NCBI GenBank assembly: GCA_951406725.2
Contig: OX597817.1
Span: 149,110,001 to 149,174,000 of the forward strand
Origin: Octopus vulgaris
Taxonomy: Eukaryota
Direction: 5' to 3'
DNA: 64,000 nt
In this document: positions 39,906 through 52,764 of the stretch, piece by piece
How positions within the stretch are numbered: the first letter of the stretch is position 1
Layout of the letters: each line of letters opens with the position of its first letter
Program-made: the position numbers and the translations under genes
The notes under the pieces: model-generated
The model's input: the letters and a program-made list of their open reading frames with translations, nothing else
Database searches by the model: none
What the model was told of the DNA's origin: nothing

Positions 39906-39976
<71 letters not shown>

Positions 39977-39978
39977 CC

Positions 39979-40137
39979 AGGCGTAGATGTGGCTGCGTGG
40001 TAAGAAGCTTGCTTTTGAACCATATGATTGCGGATTAAGTTCCACTCTGTGGTACCTTGGGCAACTGTCTTCTACTCGAGCCGACCATGGTATTGTTAGT
40101 CGATTTAACAGACGGAAATTGAAAGAAGACCGTCTTA
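39979..40137 (+). mobile_element. SINE family B, 5' part
   Basis: GGCGTAGATGTGGCTGCGTGGTAAG head and ACCTTGGGCAAC. Confidence 0.75.
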
Positions 40138-40211
40138 TATATATATAGTACACTCTCAGTTACTGGCGTGGGCAGCAAAAAATTGTATTCTCTTCACCGA
40201 GAGATGATTAT

Positions 40212-40262
<51 letters not shown>

Positions 40263-40392
40263 TGTGTGTGTGTGTGCGTGTGGGTGTGTGTGGTGCTTGT
40301 GTGCACGTGTGTCCTTTACTGGAATCAGTTAACAAAATATTTCTGTAGATATTCGTGATGATTGGTCGTTTGGTTATTATTTTCATTTTTTA

Positions 40393-40771
40393 TTACCTCC
40401 ATCGTTGATAAGGCTGATGTATTGCTTTTCAGTCGTGTTTGTTTGTTCGTCTGTTTGTGCCTGGACAAGTTATTTCAAGAACCGCTGGATGGATTCGGAT
40501 GAAACTTTCTGGGACGTTTGGCCTCGCGACTGGCACGAACTGATTAGATTTTGGGATCGATCCGGTACCGGATAAGGATTTGGGATTACTTTTCCTACAT
40601 TTTTTTTTCACTTAATTCTTGAGAACATCGGATTCATTTTTGGTATTCTCGTTTGTGAGAGTAGCCGAGTTTATTTCAGATATTCCCATTTTAAAAACCA
40701 CCTCCAGCTAATCGTTGAGAGGACGTTGGTGTTGCTTTGGCGGAGGTTTGCATTCTCTGGGTGCTCTTGTT
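40393..40771 (+). mobile_element. Helentron-associated non-autonomous element (HINE/DINE-1-like)
   Basis: 5' TTACCTCC, (GTTT/GTCT) tract, 3' GGCGGAGGT subterminal repeat plus GCATTC..GGGTGC hairpin, in a T-rich site. A related 5' end lies on the minus strand at 46735-46800. Confidence 0.75.
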
Positions 40772-41134
40772 CTATTTGTTTGTCTTTCTTCATTTACGGA
40801 AATCCCACTTCTAAATATAACTGTAAAATAATCATCTATTTTTTTTTGTTTCTATACAAGAGGTTTCACTTTGTGGCTAATATTTCCAGTAACGAGCCCT
40901 AGAACAAAATTTTCCAAATGATGAGGTATTTTAGAACATGTTTAATGCGCTGCAAATATGGACGATAATATCAGGGTTTTTTTCGTTATTGTTGCTGGTT
41001 TTTGATGCTGATGATCGCGTGGAAACGATAACCTATGACAGAATCCTTAGTCACAAAAATTCTGGATAAAGCCTTCAACATCAAAGCTATGAAATCTCAT
41101 ATCCAATGCAAAACCATTAAATGATATACCGAGA

Positions 41135-41480
41135 AGGAGGTTGTAGTAGTGGTGGTGGTGCTTGTTGGTTTTGGTGTGGTGGTGGTGGTGCTGGTGCTGT
41201 TGGTGGTTCTGGTGATGTAGGTGGTCGTCGTCAATGTTGAGGGGTGGTGTTGGTAGTGATGGTGGAGGTGGTGATATGTATGATGTTAACAATGGTGATA
41301 TTGACGGTGGAGGTGGGTTGGCAACTATGGCAACATTGGTGATGGTGCCGGTGCTGGTACCGTGGTAGGGTGGTGGTGATAGCAGTGATGATAATGGGGA
41401 AGATGGCGGTGGTGTTGGTAGGGGTGATGGCAGTGATGGTGCTAGTGCTGTTGCTGGTCGGGGTGAAAGAAGCAGCGATA
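41135..41480. repeat. (GGT)-rich low-complexity tract
   Basis: Read directly. Confidence 0.85.
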
Positions 41481-41821
41481 GAAGTCAGGGTCAGATCAGT
41501 ATTAGACTGCTCTGACATTCCTGGAGATGTTATCGCTATATAATTTATATAGGGTAACTAACTTTGACTACATTAGTTAAAACAAAAAGACACTTGTCAG
41601 GCGATTAAGCATCAACACAAGAACAAGCTAAAGAAACTACCCAATTGCTTAATTCAGCAAGTTTCCTGACTGGCTACACGTGTAGGAGGACCGATATCTT
41701 GAATTTAGATTATGTCCTCCTGCTCATCACGTATCGCAACTATTAGGATACGAAACATTGTCCCGTCGTACGATTCACACTTGATCTGTAGTCGACATGG
41801 ACAGTAACGTCTCTAATAAAT

Positions 41822-42212
41822 ATTCTTTTCTTCACTAGGTACAAGGCCCGAAATTTTGGGGGAGGGGGCCAGTCGATAAAATCGACTCCGGGACTCAACT
41901 GACTATTAATTTATCGACCCCGAAAGGATGAAAGGTAAAGTCGACCTAGGGGGAATTTGAACTCACAATGTAAAGACAGATGAAATACCTATTTCTTTAC
42001 TACCTACAAGGGGCTAAACACAGAGAGGACAAACAAGGACAGACAAACGGATTAAGCTGATTATATCGACCCCAGTGCGTAACTGGTACTTATTTAATCA
42101 ACCCCGAAAGGATGAAAGGCAAAGTCGACCTCGTCGGAATTTGAACTCAGAACGTAGCGGCAGACGAAATACCTATTTTCTTACTACCCACAAGGTGCTA
42201 AATATAGAGGGG
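41822..42212 (-). mobile_element. SINE family A multimer (two bodies plus part of a third)
   Basis: Junction GAAATAC-CTATTT(T)CTT seen twice. Confidence 0.9.
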
Positions 42213-42654
42213 ACGATAGCGATGATAATGATGATATTGCCGCCGACAACGATGATGATGATAATGATGATGAAGACGACGACGACGACGATGATGATGA
42301 TGAGGAAGACAACGTCGAAATGAAGATGACAATGATGAGGAGGAAGAAGACAATGATGAAGAGGAAGAAGGGGAGGCGGAGAAAGAGGAGGAGAAGCAGC
42401 TATTGCTGATGGTGATTTTAAAATTTTATTAATCTTTTGTAACTTATAATTTTTTCTACAACACTTATAGGTCATTTTTTCTTGAATTCTCTCTCCAATG
42501 CTTTAACAATAGCAACGACAACAACAACAAGATATGTTCGTTTTTTTCTTATAATTTTCTTATTATTGTTATCATTGCTTTTGTAGCTGCTTTTGTGACA
42601 ATAATGGAAGACACAGGTGTCGAACAAAATCAGTGAACGTTGTTTTATTTAAAC

Positions 42655-42841
<187 letters not shown>

Positions 42842-43869
42842 ATATAGCAAGAATATCAAAACGAGAGGAAATAAGAACGGGGATATACACAAACTTCAAA
42901 CTTCCCTATGTATTATTCATGGTATACAACTGTTATTTTAGATACGATTGCGACGACTACAAACGAGGTTGTTAGCGACTTTGACGCAGATGATATCAAT
43001 TGTGTATGATACAAAAAAAAAACACTCCTTACTTATAACAAAAGAACCAAATTTTTACAAAAACTTAAATGATAAAGAAAGCACTTTCATAAAACGGCGA
43101 ACTAATCTCAGCCAACGAAAACAAAGAGACAGCGATCGTAGACAGTGTTTCAACATTTTTAAGTTGAATGTTTTGGGATGGAGATGTTTCGTTATGAAAT
43201 GTTCTCTCTTTCACAACACAATTTTTGAATTGTTTTATTTAGGCTGAAGAACTTTTGTCTGGTGTCAGCTGATTTTTGAGTAGCGGTTTGACTATTAGAA
43301 GTTTGGCTATTAGAATAATTAAGCAATTCTTAGAAAATATTGTTTGGAAAGTTTGGATTAAATCTTAGCAGAAATAGCTAAACGTTTGATCATATGATCG
43401 AAGACATGCTAGGATGTGTCTGTATGTATGTGTATGTGTGTGTATGCTTGTTTTTGTGTGTACGTGTGTCTGTTTCTGTGTGTGTACGTGTATGTGTGTG
43501 TATGTGTGTATGTGTAGGTGTGCGTGTGTGTGAGAACGCTTGGCCTAGTGGCTAGATTATAGCCCCCAATATCGCGAAATTGTAGTTTCAATATCTAGAC
43601 GAGTAGTGCGTTGTGTTATTGAAGAAAAGACTTCATCTCCAGTCACTCTGCGATCATCCTTGGCGACTGATGTGGGGTGTAGTTCGCACCTCTTCAGACA
43701 ACGTCGATTTGATGGAGAGAGTGAACTAATGCACCAGACGAAGAGTCAACCACTGTAAACAAATCATAGTTCGGCTAGAAACTGAGAAACCTCTTACTCA
43801 GACTGCGGTCGTTCAACTAAAACTGTACTTTCATACGATATCTTCAACGGGAGATTCCATCATGTATAT

Positions 43870-44101
43870 CTATTTCTTTACTACCCACAAGGGGCTAAAC
43901 ATAGAAGGGACAAACAAGGACAGACAAACGGATTAAGTCGATTACATCGACCCCAGTGCGTAACTGGTACTTAATTTATCGACCCCGAAAGGATGAAAGG
44001 CAAAGTCGACCTCGGCGGAATTTGAACTCAGAACGTAACGGCAGACGAAATACGGCTACGCATTTCGCCCGGCGTGCTAACGTTTCTGCCAGCTCGCCGC
44101 C
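43870..44101 (-). mobile_element. SINE family A monomer, well preserved
   Basis: Complete head, body and tail. Confidence 0.92.
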
Positions 44102-44129
44102 CTTCTATCATGTATATCATTATTCAGAA

Positions 44130-44432
44130 TTATTAAAAGATGTCTAGCCAATAGAGAAAGAGTCGGTTTCTGACCAATATCCAAGGCTCTGTTGCTAGAA
44201 TTTCAACAACATCAACAGGGTATTATTGTATGTATGTATGTATGTATGTATGTATGTATGTATGTATGTATGTATGTATGTATGTATGTATGTATTATGT
44301 ATGTATGTATGTATGCCGTTATTCTGTTTATTTCAAGGTTTCTTGCCAATAAAGAAAGAACCATTTTCTAACCTAGATTCAAGATCCCTTCGTTGGAATT
44401 ACAACACTAACAATACGGGATTTTTGTTTGTT

Positions 44433-44464
<32 letters not shown>

Positions 44465-44466
44465 TG

Positions 44467-44497
<31 letters not shown>

Positions 44498-44970
44498 TGT
44501 ATGTATGTTTGTATGTACAGATTTGTATGTTTTATGTATGTATTTTAATGCATATAGTTGCATATCTAGACATGCTTGTATATATTTAAATGATAAAATT
44601 CCAGAAAGTTTTACTGATTTTTAAAGTTCCACTGATGGATTGGATATGCAGTCTTCGAATCTGCTTTCCCCTTTATGGTTTTGAGAAGCATAATTTCTCA
44701 AGATTGGTATTCAGACAGAGTGTTACATACCTCAGTACTCCAGTAATTACAGGTCTAAATATGAACTTGTAATCTGGATAAATTAACTCCAGATTTCTCA
44801 GTCTGATTTTCAGTTTCATCTCAACATCCGCTGGGCAGCTGATGTCCACAACTGTACACAGTTTCTCTTCTCTATCCCAAATCATTATATAAGGCCTTTT
44901 TATTGCGGTTTTTACTGGGACATTCCACCAGTACTCCTTTTATGTTATGAGTAGCTATGGCTTCCACTGT
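44130..44970 (-). mobile_element. Second RLE (R4-like) LINE family, 3' end with (CATA)n tracts
   Basis: IWDREEKLCTVVDISCPAD..YPDYKFIFRPVITG. The 3' UTR segment is present twice (44130-44225 and 44320-44430). Confidence 0.8.
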
Positions 44971-45304
44971 ACCTATGTGTGTAAGTGTTTGTGTATGTAT
45001 GTATAATATATAAAAAAGGATTCAAAGCCGAACTGTATCCTTATGGAATCCTTCTACATATACCGCCTATCAAATCTGTAAATGTAGATGGTTTGAATGT
45101 AAGAAGGAAATTATCCATACAAGTTGAAATTCCTGTCTAGTCGCAGAGTATGGATATATTAAACCAAAAACAGAAATTTATAGCATTATTTTTAATGCTG
45201 TGATAGTATATAATAATATTTAAAAATTATTTAATTGTAATTTCGTTTACATGGGTGTGTCTATATGTGTATGTATGTATGTATGTATGTGTGTATGTAT
45301 GTAT

Positions 45305-45353
<49 letters not shown>

Positions 45354-45371
45354 TATATATATGTATGTGTA

Positions 45372-45599
45372 TACTCTTTACTCTTTTACTCTTATACTTG
45401 TTTCAGTCATTTGACTGCGGCCATGCTGGAGCACCGCCTTTAATCGAGCAACTCGATCCCGGGACTTATTCTTTTGTAAGCCCAGTACTTATTCTATCGG
45501 TCTCTTTTGCCGAACCGCTAAGTAGCGGGGACATAAACACACCAGCATCGGTTGTCAAGCAATGCTAGGGGGACAAACACAGACACACAAACACACACA

Positions 45600-45600
<1 letters not shown>
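45372..45600 (-). mobile_element. SINE family B, 3' half
   Basis: Well-preserved tail with (TAAAAGAG)n end. Confidence 0.88.
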
Positions 45601-45644
<44 letters not shown>

Positions 45645-45736
45645 AATCCCAAAACAAACGAAGAACAAACACAGGAAAAAACAACAGCTCATGGACGTAG
45701 TACGCGCAAAGTATTAAATGACGCTCAGGGAAGGTA

Positions 45737-45771
45737 GTTTTACGTTTCGAGCAAAGCTCTTCGTCAGAAAC
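45737..45771 (-). ncRNA. Minimal type I hammerhead ribozyme
   Basis: GTTT-CTGACGA-A-GAGC-TTT-GCTC-GAAA-CG-TA-AAAC with palindromic ACGT at stem III, inside a 200-bp island between (TA)n tracts. Confidence 0.85.
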
Positions 45772-45840
45772 AGGAGACGAGGGAAAGTCCAAGAGAAAAT
45801 GAAGATGGAGGAAAAAAAATCGCCAACGATCCACATATGG

Positions 45841-45873
<33 letters not shown>

Positions 45874-45874
45874 T

Positions 45875-46472
45875 ATAGGAGCTAAAATTTTCCACTGCTG
45901 TGAGAAAGCACATAACATATTCTGGTAGGGACTACAATCACCTCAAACACTGAACCGAGAATTCTTTAGACTGACCGGCCAGCTACGGCCATTTCCATAG
46001 CCATCTTCAGTAAGTCCAGCTCTTTCGGTTAATTCCAGGCTAGCTCGCCTATCAGAGTATATACATTCAACATAAAAATCTATGGATGACTTAGCAAATC
46101 GCCAATGCGTATACAAAATATTAATAAAAACGGCTGTTTGCAACGTTTTACCGTAAAGGGAAATTATAGTCGTCTAATAAACTTGATTAAGGCTGTAAAT
46201 AACACATTCATTGCTAAAAATAGGAGCTAAATTGCTCCAATACTGTTACATATACTCTGACCGGTCCGTCTAAGGAATTATCGGTTCGGTGTTCGGGGCG
46301 ATTGCAGCCTTTTATCAGAGTATATGTTACATACTTTGTAAGACCATTGGAACATTTTAGCTCCTATTTCTAGAAATGTAGGTGCTATTCACACCCTAAG
46401 TCAAGCTTCATTGATGACTATAATTTTCCATTACAGTATAACGCTGCAAACAGCTGTTTTTATTAATTTTAC
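45875..46472. repeat. Decayed nested inverted repeats between (TA)n tracts
   Basis: 45875-45982 pairs with 46258-46367, and 46115-46260 pairs with 46315-46472. Confidence 0.75.
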
Positions 46473-48842
46473 ATTTTTGCCTTCGTCTTTTGTCTATTTT
46501 CATAAAGCTTCCCGTTATATATATATATATATAAGGATAAAATCGTTATTCAAAATACCGATCTTATCAAGTGGCCAGCATGGGAATAAAAACCTCAAAG
46601 GTAATAATTATTATTAAAATTATAATTAAGGGTATCTAAGAGATACCACCATGCTAGGTATAGCAGCCAAAATCTGACTCTAAAACCACATTAAATGTTC
46701 ATACAGCAACAGGAGAGAAGACGAAGTAAACTACGGACGGACAAACAAATAAACACGACTGAAAACAATACTCCTGCCTTCGGTGAGGCAGAGGTAATAA
46801 ATCTATCTTGGATAAAATACAGGTTTAGTTACTCGGTGGAAAGACATTTTGGCTAGAAGCCAACATAAGGAGGAGGGTTTACTGCAACTGAGACAATATA
46901 TATTTCTGAGATCTTTCATCATAAATAAGATTGTGTTTTCATCTTTGATATTCTTTGAAAATGTTAACAATAGATTGGACAGCTTAATAAACGACTGACA
47001 AATTAATGTAAGTAATAAAAAATAAATTAATATAATTGAGTGTAAATTATATAAATGTTGTTAATTCAATATAATTCACGTATTCGCCTGGAATAGAAAC
47101 ATAATTAACAGCAAAATTAACAACAGTTTTTAATTACAAACGAAGTATTTTAAAATTACCGATAAAGATTAATGTCTTTCACAAGGTAACTTATGTAATG
47201 AAGTTTTTAATTAAGACTTATTTGCATTATTCTTTCATTGAAAGAGACATATGTAAGATATAGAACAAATGTCGCTCGGGCTGTTGTATTGTGTGCTGGT
47301 CCTGTGATCGGAAGTGGTTGAGTTGATGATTGAAAATACGTTTCTTGGGCTGAAGATTTAACAGATTTTATAATTGCACATTAAGTCAAACTGCACTGGT
47401 TTCCTACGGTTAACAACGGCAATACTGGGAGAGAAAGAAAAATGGCGTCACGTTCTAAGAAGCTACTTATGAGACACTGTGTGAATGTTTAGTTGAGTCT
47501 GTAAGTGAACGTGGACTAGTTTGCGCAAATATCTGGAACCATCTGATGTAGCAATGGAAATATGTATCGCTCAGCTCTCTCATCATTCTGCTATAAAATA
47601 GGGCCATTAACGCAACGCATTGACGCTCATTGGTTACTTAATAGATCGATCACGTCAACCTATTGAGGTTTGCTCGTGATGTCTAACCACGAATCTAGGG
47701 ATTTGCTTTCCAGTCCCCGCCAAATAAATATAGAGATTTCTAACAGGCTCTGTGGGTAAGAGGCTCGCTTTTCAAGCATGTGGTTACAGGTTCAGTCTTA
47801 CTACGTGGCACTTTGGGCAAGGATATTCTCTTATGGCTTATCTGTATATACAATAACAACAGCGTCCAGTAGCCCTAATGATTATCAGCGAAACACCAGT
47901 TAAGATATTATGCCTGGAGTGGCGAACTGAGACGACGTGCTGAGTGACCGATAAAATACCTTCCGATTTTAGTTTTGGGCTCATAGTTCTGAGTTCAAAT
48001 CTTACAGTGCCAACGTTGTCTATCACATATTCGAATTCAATAAAATACCAGTAATACATTTGTGTCTCATGCTTTCACTAGAAATTATACATTTTCTGCA
48101 GTTAGACTGGGTGATATATTTACCCACTGGATATAACATCCTAACTTAGAAAATTGTGTCGTATGTATGTGTCATACCATCTTAATGCAGATACATTATA
48201 AAATATATATATATAAATGAGAGTGTGTACGTATATATATATGTGTGTGTGTGTGTGTGCGTGTGTATGTATGTATGCATAATATGCCTATATATATACA
48301 TATATATACACACATATATGTAAGTAATATATATTCATGTATGCTTGAGTGTGTCCATGTCTATGTAAGTATGTTGTACGCATTGTTTGTGTATATACGT
48401 ACTTACACTTTAGACATTTTATCATGGCAACCCATTCCATTTCCTCTTTACCCACCCCACCCCGCCCCCGCGACCCCCTATTATTTCCATCTCTTGACTG
48501 AGAACCCAAATATTTTGCGTTTCTTTGCTCAAATATCATTTTTGGCCTAATCGAAATTTCTCACTCTCTCCTTTTCCCATCAATCTCTTTCCGTCTCTCC
48601 GTTTCTCACTCTTGCACCATATTTCCCCCTCTCTCTCTTTCTGTCTGTCTCCTCTCTCTCTCTCTCTTTCTCTCTATCTCTCACTTTCTCTCCAAATATC
48701 CATTCCATTCTGTCTCTTTATAATCACCTCTCTCTCTCTCTCTCACTTTCTGTGCCTAGCTTCTATCTACCTACCTATCTTTATAGCTATTTCTCTCTCT
48801 ATCGTTTTTCTCTATCTCTATCTCTCTCTTTCTATTTCTCTC

Positions 48843-48889
<47 letters not shown>

Positions 48890-48908
48890 CATCCTGTCTA
48901 TAATGAGC

Positions 48909-48974
<66 letters not shown>

Positions 48975-49534
48975 AATGTATCTATCTCTGGTTTCCTATC
49001 TCTTTATATATATATATATATCCCTCTCTATTTCTCTTCCTCAGTTTCTCTATGTTTCCGTCTCCCTACCGTTCTCTCTTCCATTCCCGCTCTATTTAAC
49101 GTTTTCCCTCTTTCGCTCCCTTCCCCACTTGATCTCTTTATCTTTCTCCCAATCTATCCATCATCGAACTGTTGAACTGTTTCCATCAAAATATAAGACG
49201 CAAAAGGAAGACAGTTTCGATTTTTTCCGGTTCTCTCTCTCATTTCCCCAAATATAAGCCGATCGCTAATACCATCCATTACCTTTTCCATCCAGAACCA
49301 TCGCTCACCCAACCACCCCTAAACTTACCACTTGCCTTCATTCACCACCCTACATCCTTTACCTCCGCCACCACCGCCACCATCACATTTACCTCCGTCA
49401 TCACGATCGTCATAATCCTCATCATCATTACTAACACCTCCATCCCCACCCCTTAGTTTCCACCATGGCCACCACCATCACCGCCGTTATAAATGGCATC
49501 GTCATAATTACAGTCCCGGCCGTTCATGTCGCAA

Positions 49535-50036
49535 ATTGTTTTCATACTCATTGCTGTCATCATCATCGTCGTCGTCGTCGTCGTGATCATCATCATCATA
49601 ATCACCATCATCGTGATCATCTTCATCATCATCATGATCCTTCTTGTTATCATCACCACAGTCATCGTCATCACATCATCATCATCATCATCATCATCAC
49701 ATTATCATGACCATCATCATTATCATCATCATCACCATCATCATCGCCATCATCATCATCATCATCCCCGTCATCATCACCACAGTCATTATCATCACAT
49801 CATCACATCATCATCATCATCATCATCATCATCATTATCATCACCATCATCATTATCATCATCATCACCATCATCATCGCCATCATCATCATCCTCATCA
49901 TCACCACCATCATCATCATCATCATCATCATCCCCGTCATCATCACCACAGTCATTATCATCACATCATCACATCATCATCATCATCATCGTCATCATCA
50001 TCACCAGTCATTATTGTCCTCGCCGGCGTCATTATT

Positions 50037-50068
<32 letters not shown>

Positions 50069-50370
50069 TATCATCATCACCATCATCATCGCCATCATCA
50101 TCATCATCATCACCACCTTCATCATCATCATCATCCCCGTCATCATCACATCATCATCATCATCGTCATCATCATCATCACCAGTCATCATTGTCCTCGC
50201 CGGCGTCATTATTATCATCATCATCATCATCATCATTATCATCACCACTGTCATCGTCATCACATCACCGCATCATCATAATCATCATCATCGTCGTCGT
50301 CGTCGTCGCTATCTTCGTTGTCGTCGTTCTAACCATCATTATTATCAGCAGCAGCAGCAGCAGCAGCACT
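49535..50370. repeat. (CAT)n array with higher-order duplications
   Basis: Interruptions CCCCGTCATCATCAC, CACAGTCA and TTGTCCTCGCCGGCG each recur. Confidence 0.9.
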
Positions 50371-50689
50371 ATTAAGACCACGACTATCACCCACCTCATC
50401 CAACTCCACCCACCACCAGCTGCAGTATCACTAACAGCAGCAGTAATAATTCACAGATGACTTCCGCCAATCGTTGTCCCCGACATCGACACGAAACTCG
50501 AAAAAAAAAAAAATTGGCGACCTTCAACCCCCGCCACCACCCACAACCACCACCATCACCACCACCCCACCCTCATTTCCCACACCACAAACACTTTAGT
50601 TATCGTTATTATCAATACCATTTCATCCCACTTATCGATCATTTTCAACTACGGGCAATCAACGTTATTTATCCCTTAAACGCTACCCA

Positions 50690-51430
50690 CGGGCGACTGG
50701 GTGGGGGGCGACGGGGTGGGGGCGACGGGTTGGGGGCGCTGGTGGTGGAGGCATGGCTGTTGCCGGTGGCGATGAGGGTGTTGGATGCGGTGGTGCTGGT
50801 GCTGTTGCCGGTGTTGCCGGTGGGTGCTGTTGCCGGTGGGTGCTAGTGGTGCAGGTGACGATGTTTTTGTTGTTGTTGTTGTTGCTGGTGGTGGTGGTGG
50901 TGGTGGTGGTGGTGGCTGCGGCGGTGGTGGTGGTGGTGGTGGTGCTGCTGCTGGTGCTGGTGGGGCTGGTGGTGACGATAATGTTGTATGTGATGGTGGT
51001 GGTGGTGGTGGTGGTGGGTGCTAGTGCCATTGGTGACGATGTTCTTGGGTTGCGGTGGTGGTGATGGTGGTTGTGAGGTGGTGGTGGTGCCGGTGGTGGT
51101 GCCGGTGGTGGTGCCGGTGGTGGTGCCGGTGGTGGTTCCGGTGGTGACGATGATGTTGGACGTGGTGGTAGTGGTGGTGTTGGTGGTGGTGGTAGTGGTG
51201 GTGGTGCTAGTGTTGGTGGTCCTGGTATTGGAGCTTGGGGGGAGTGTTGTTAGTGGTGATGGTATTGGTGGTGGTGATGCTGATAGTGATGGTACTGCTG
51301 GTGCTGATGTTGTTGGTATTGGTGGAGGTGGTGGTTCTGTCAATTGCTTTGGATATGGTAATGGTGCGGTTAGTGATGTGTTTTTCGCTGCTGTTGTGGT
51401 GGTGGTAGTAGTGTTGGCAGTAGTGGTGAT
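50690..51430. repeat. (GGT)-rich low-complexity tract
   Basis: Read directly. Includes (GGTGGTGGTGCC)n. Confidence 0.85.
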
Positions 51431-52061
51431 TTTATTGCGTGTTAGTTTATGCTGTGATAGAGATCGTGATGATGTACCGTCCTCTGTTGTAAGGCTTCAA
51501 TTTATACTTCCGGTTTTTTTAGGGTTTTCCTCAGTAAGAAGAGACCCTGATTTTGCAAGGCCTCTACAACTGTGGCTGATGTTCAGATTGCAGAGCTATA
51601 AAGAAATGCGGTGGTGGAACCGTATCAGTACAATTACCCCCACTAGAACAGTTCCCCCGACAACAAATAGCCCCTAAGACAATTAACCCCCCCCCGCGGT
51701 TAATTACCCCCTCTCCAATTATTTACCAATGTGTATGTATGCATGTATGTATATATATATGTATTGTTCCTTAATATATTTATATATAGGTACAGAAATT
51801 CTTCAGATTTACTAAAGAAAATAAATTAACCGGAATAAAATAAAATAAAATAAACTGTAAAGATTTTATTTATATATTTATTTATACTTTATAGTTTTAT
51901 GTTATTTTATTTTATTTCAATTCCAAGAAAAATTAAAAGACTTTCTGTAACTCTATATTAACTAAAATACAATTCTTGCATTTCTTCTGACAAACTTTAT
52001 TATTTACCGAGATGTACTTGCATAGCAAGCGACCTGATCTGAGCTCGTGTGCTGAGACAAA

Positions 52062-52240
52062 ATCAATTGCAGCGTGGAAGGTGTTTATAAGCCATTTAAA
52101 AACACACAAAACCGTTTGATTCACTTCAACATTTCAATATAATTTGTCAAAGCGACCAAATTATTTTGACTCAAATCAAATGAATCTAGTGGTTTTTGTG
52201 TTTTTAAATGGCTTATAAACAACTTCCACGCTGAAATTGT
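52062..52240. repeat. Foldback with about 60-bp arms
   Basis: CAGCGTGGAAGGTGTTTATAAGCCATTTAAAAACAC pairs with GTGTTTTTAAATGGCTTATAAACAACTTCCACGCTG. Confidence 0.9.
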
Positions 52241-52278
52241 TGAACCTTCTTATTATTCCCAATATACTGTTCTGTAGA

Positions 52279-52468
52279 ATCTTTTCTACTCTAGACACAA
52301 GGCCCGAAATTTTGAGGGAGTAGACCTGTCGATTAGATCGACCTCAGGACGCAACCGTTACTTAAATTAACGACCCATCGACGGAATTTAAACTCAAAAC
52401 GAAAAGATAGACGAAATACCGCAAAGCATTTAACCCGGTGTGCTAACGTTTCTGCCAGCTCGCCGCCC
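52279..52468 (-). mobile_element. SINE family A, internally deleted
   Basis: Head at 52468 and CTTGTGTCTAGAGTAGAAAAGA tail. Confidence 0.85.
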
Positions 52469-52557
52469 TATTACTCCTGTAGCATATGGCAACAAAGTCA
52501 CAGTTTGGTTTTAATACGGGAAAATGTATACATATTTTTCAATTCAACTTCACAAAA

Positions 52558-52705
52558 TAGCTGTGTGGTAAGTAGCTTGCTTACCAGCCACATGGTTCCG
52601 GGTTCAGTCCCACTGCGTGGCACCTTGGGTAAGTGGCTTCTAATATAGTCGGGCCGACCAAAGTCTTGTGAGTGGATTTGGTAGACAGAGACTGAAAGAA
52701 GCCCG

Positions 52706-52764
<59 letters not shown>

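Larger units (their letters stand above)
37767..39909. mobile_element. 2.1-kb foldback element with about 800-bp near-identical inverted arms (Penelope pLTR-like)
   Basis: 37767-38565 is the reverse complement of 39094-39909, mirrored in ORFs 37951-38151 / 39524-39724. Spacer about 530 bp. Flanked by (TA)n. Confidence 0.9.

Noticed and set aside
41009-41035. CTGATGA followed by GAAAC
   Set aside because: Stems I, II and III cannot be formed.
47400-47680. Promoter-like cluster of TATA, CCAAT and TGACG motifs
   Set aside because: Short motifs on inconsistent strands with no downstream gene evidence.
49465-50460. His/Ser/Ile-rich ORFs resembling histidine-rich proteins
   Set aside because: All three frames are open over (CAT)n, as expected from composition alone.
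51018-51677. 219-aa Val-rich ORF resembling a membrane protein
   Set aside because: Mostly GGT repeat, non-ATG start, and it ends in ACAATTACCCCC repeats that look like a transposon terminus.
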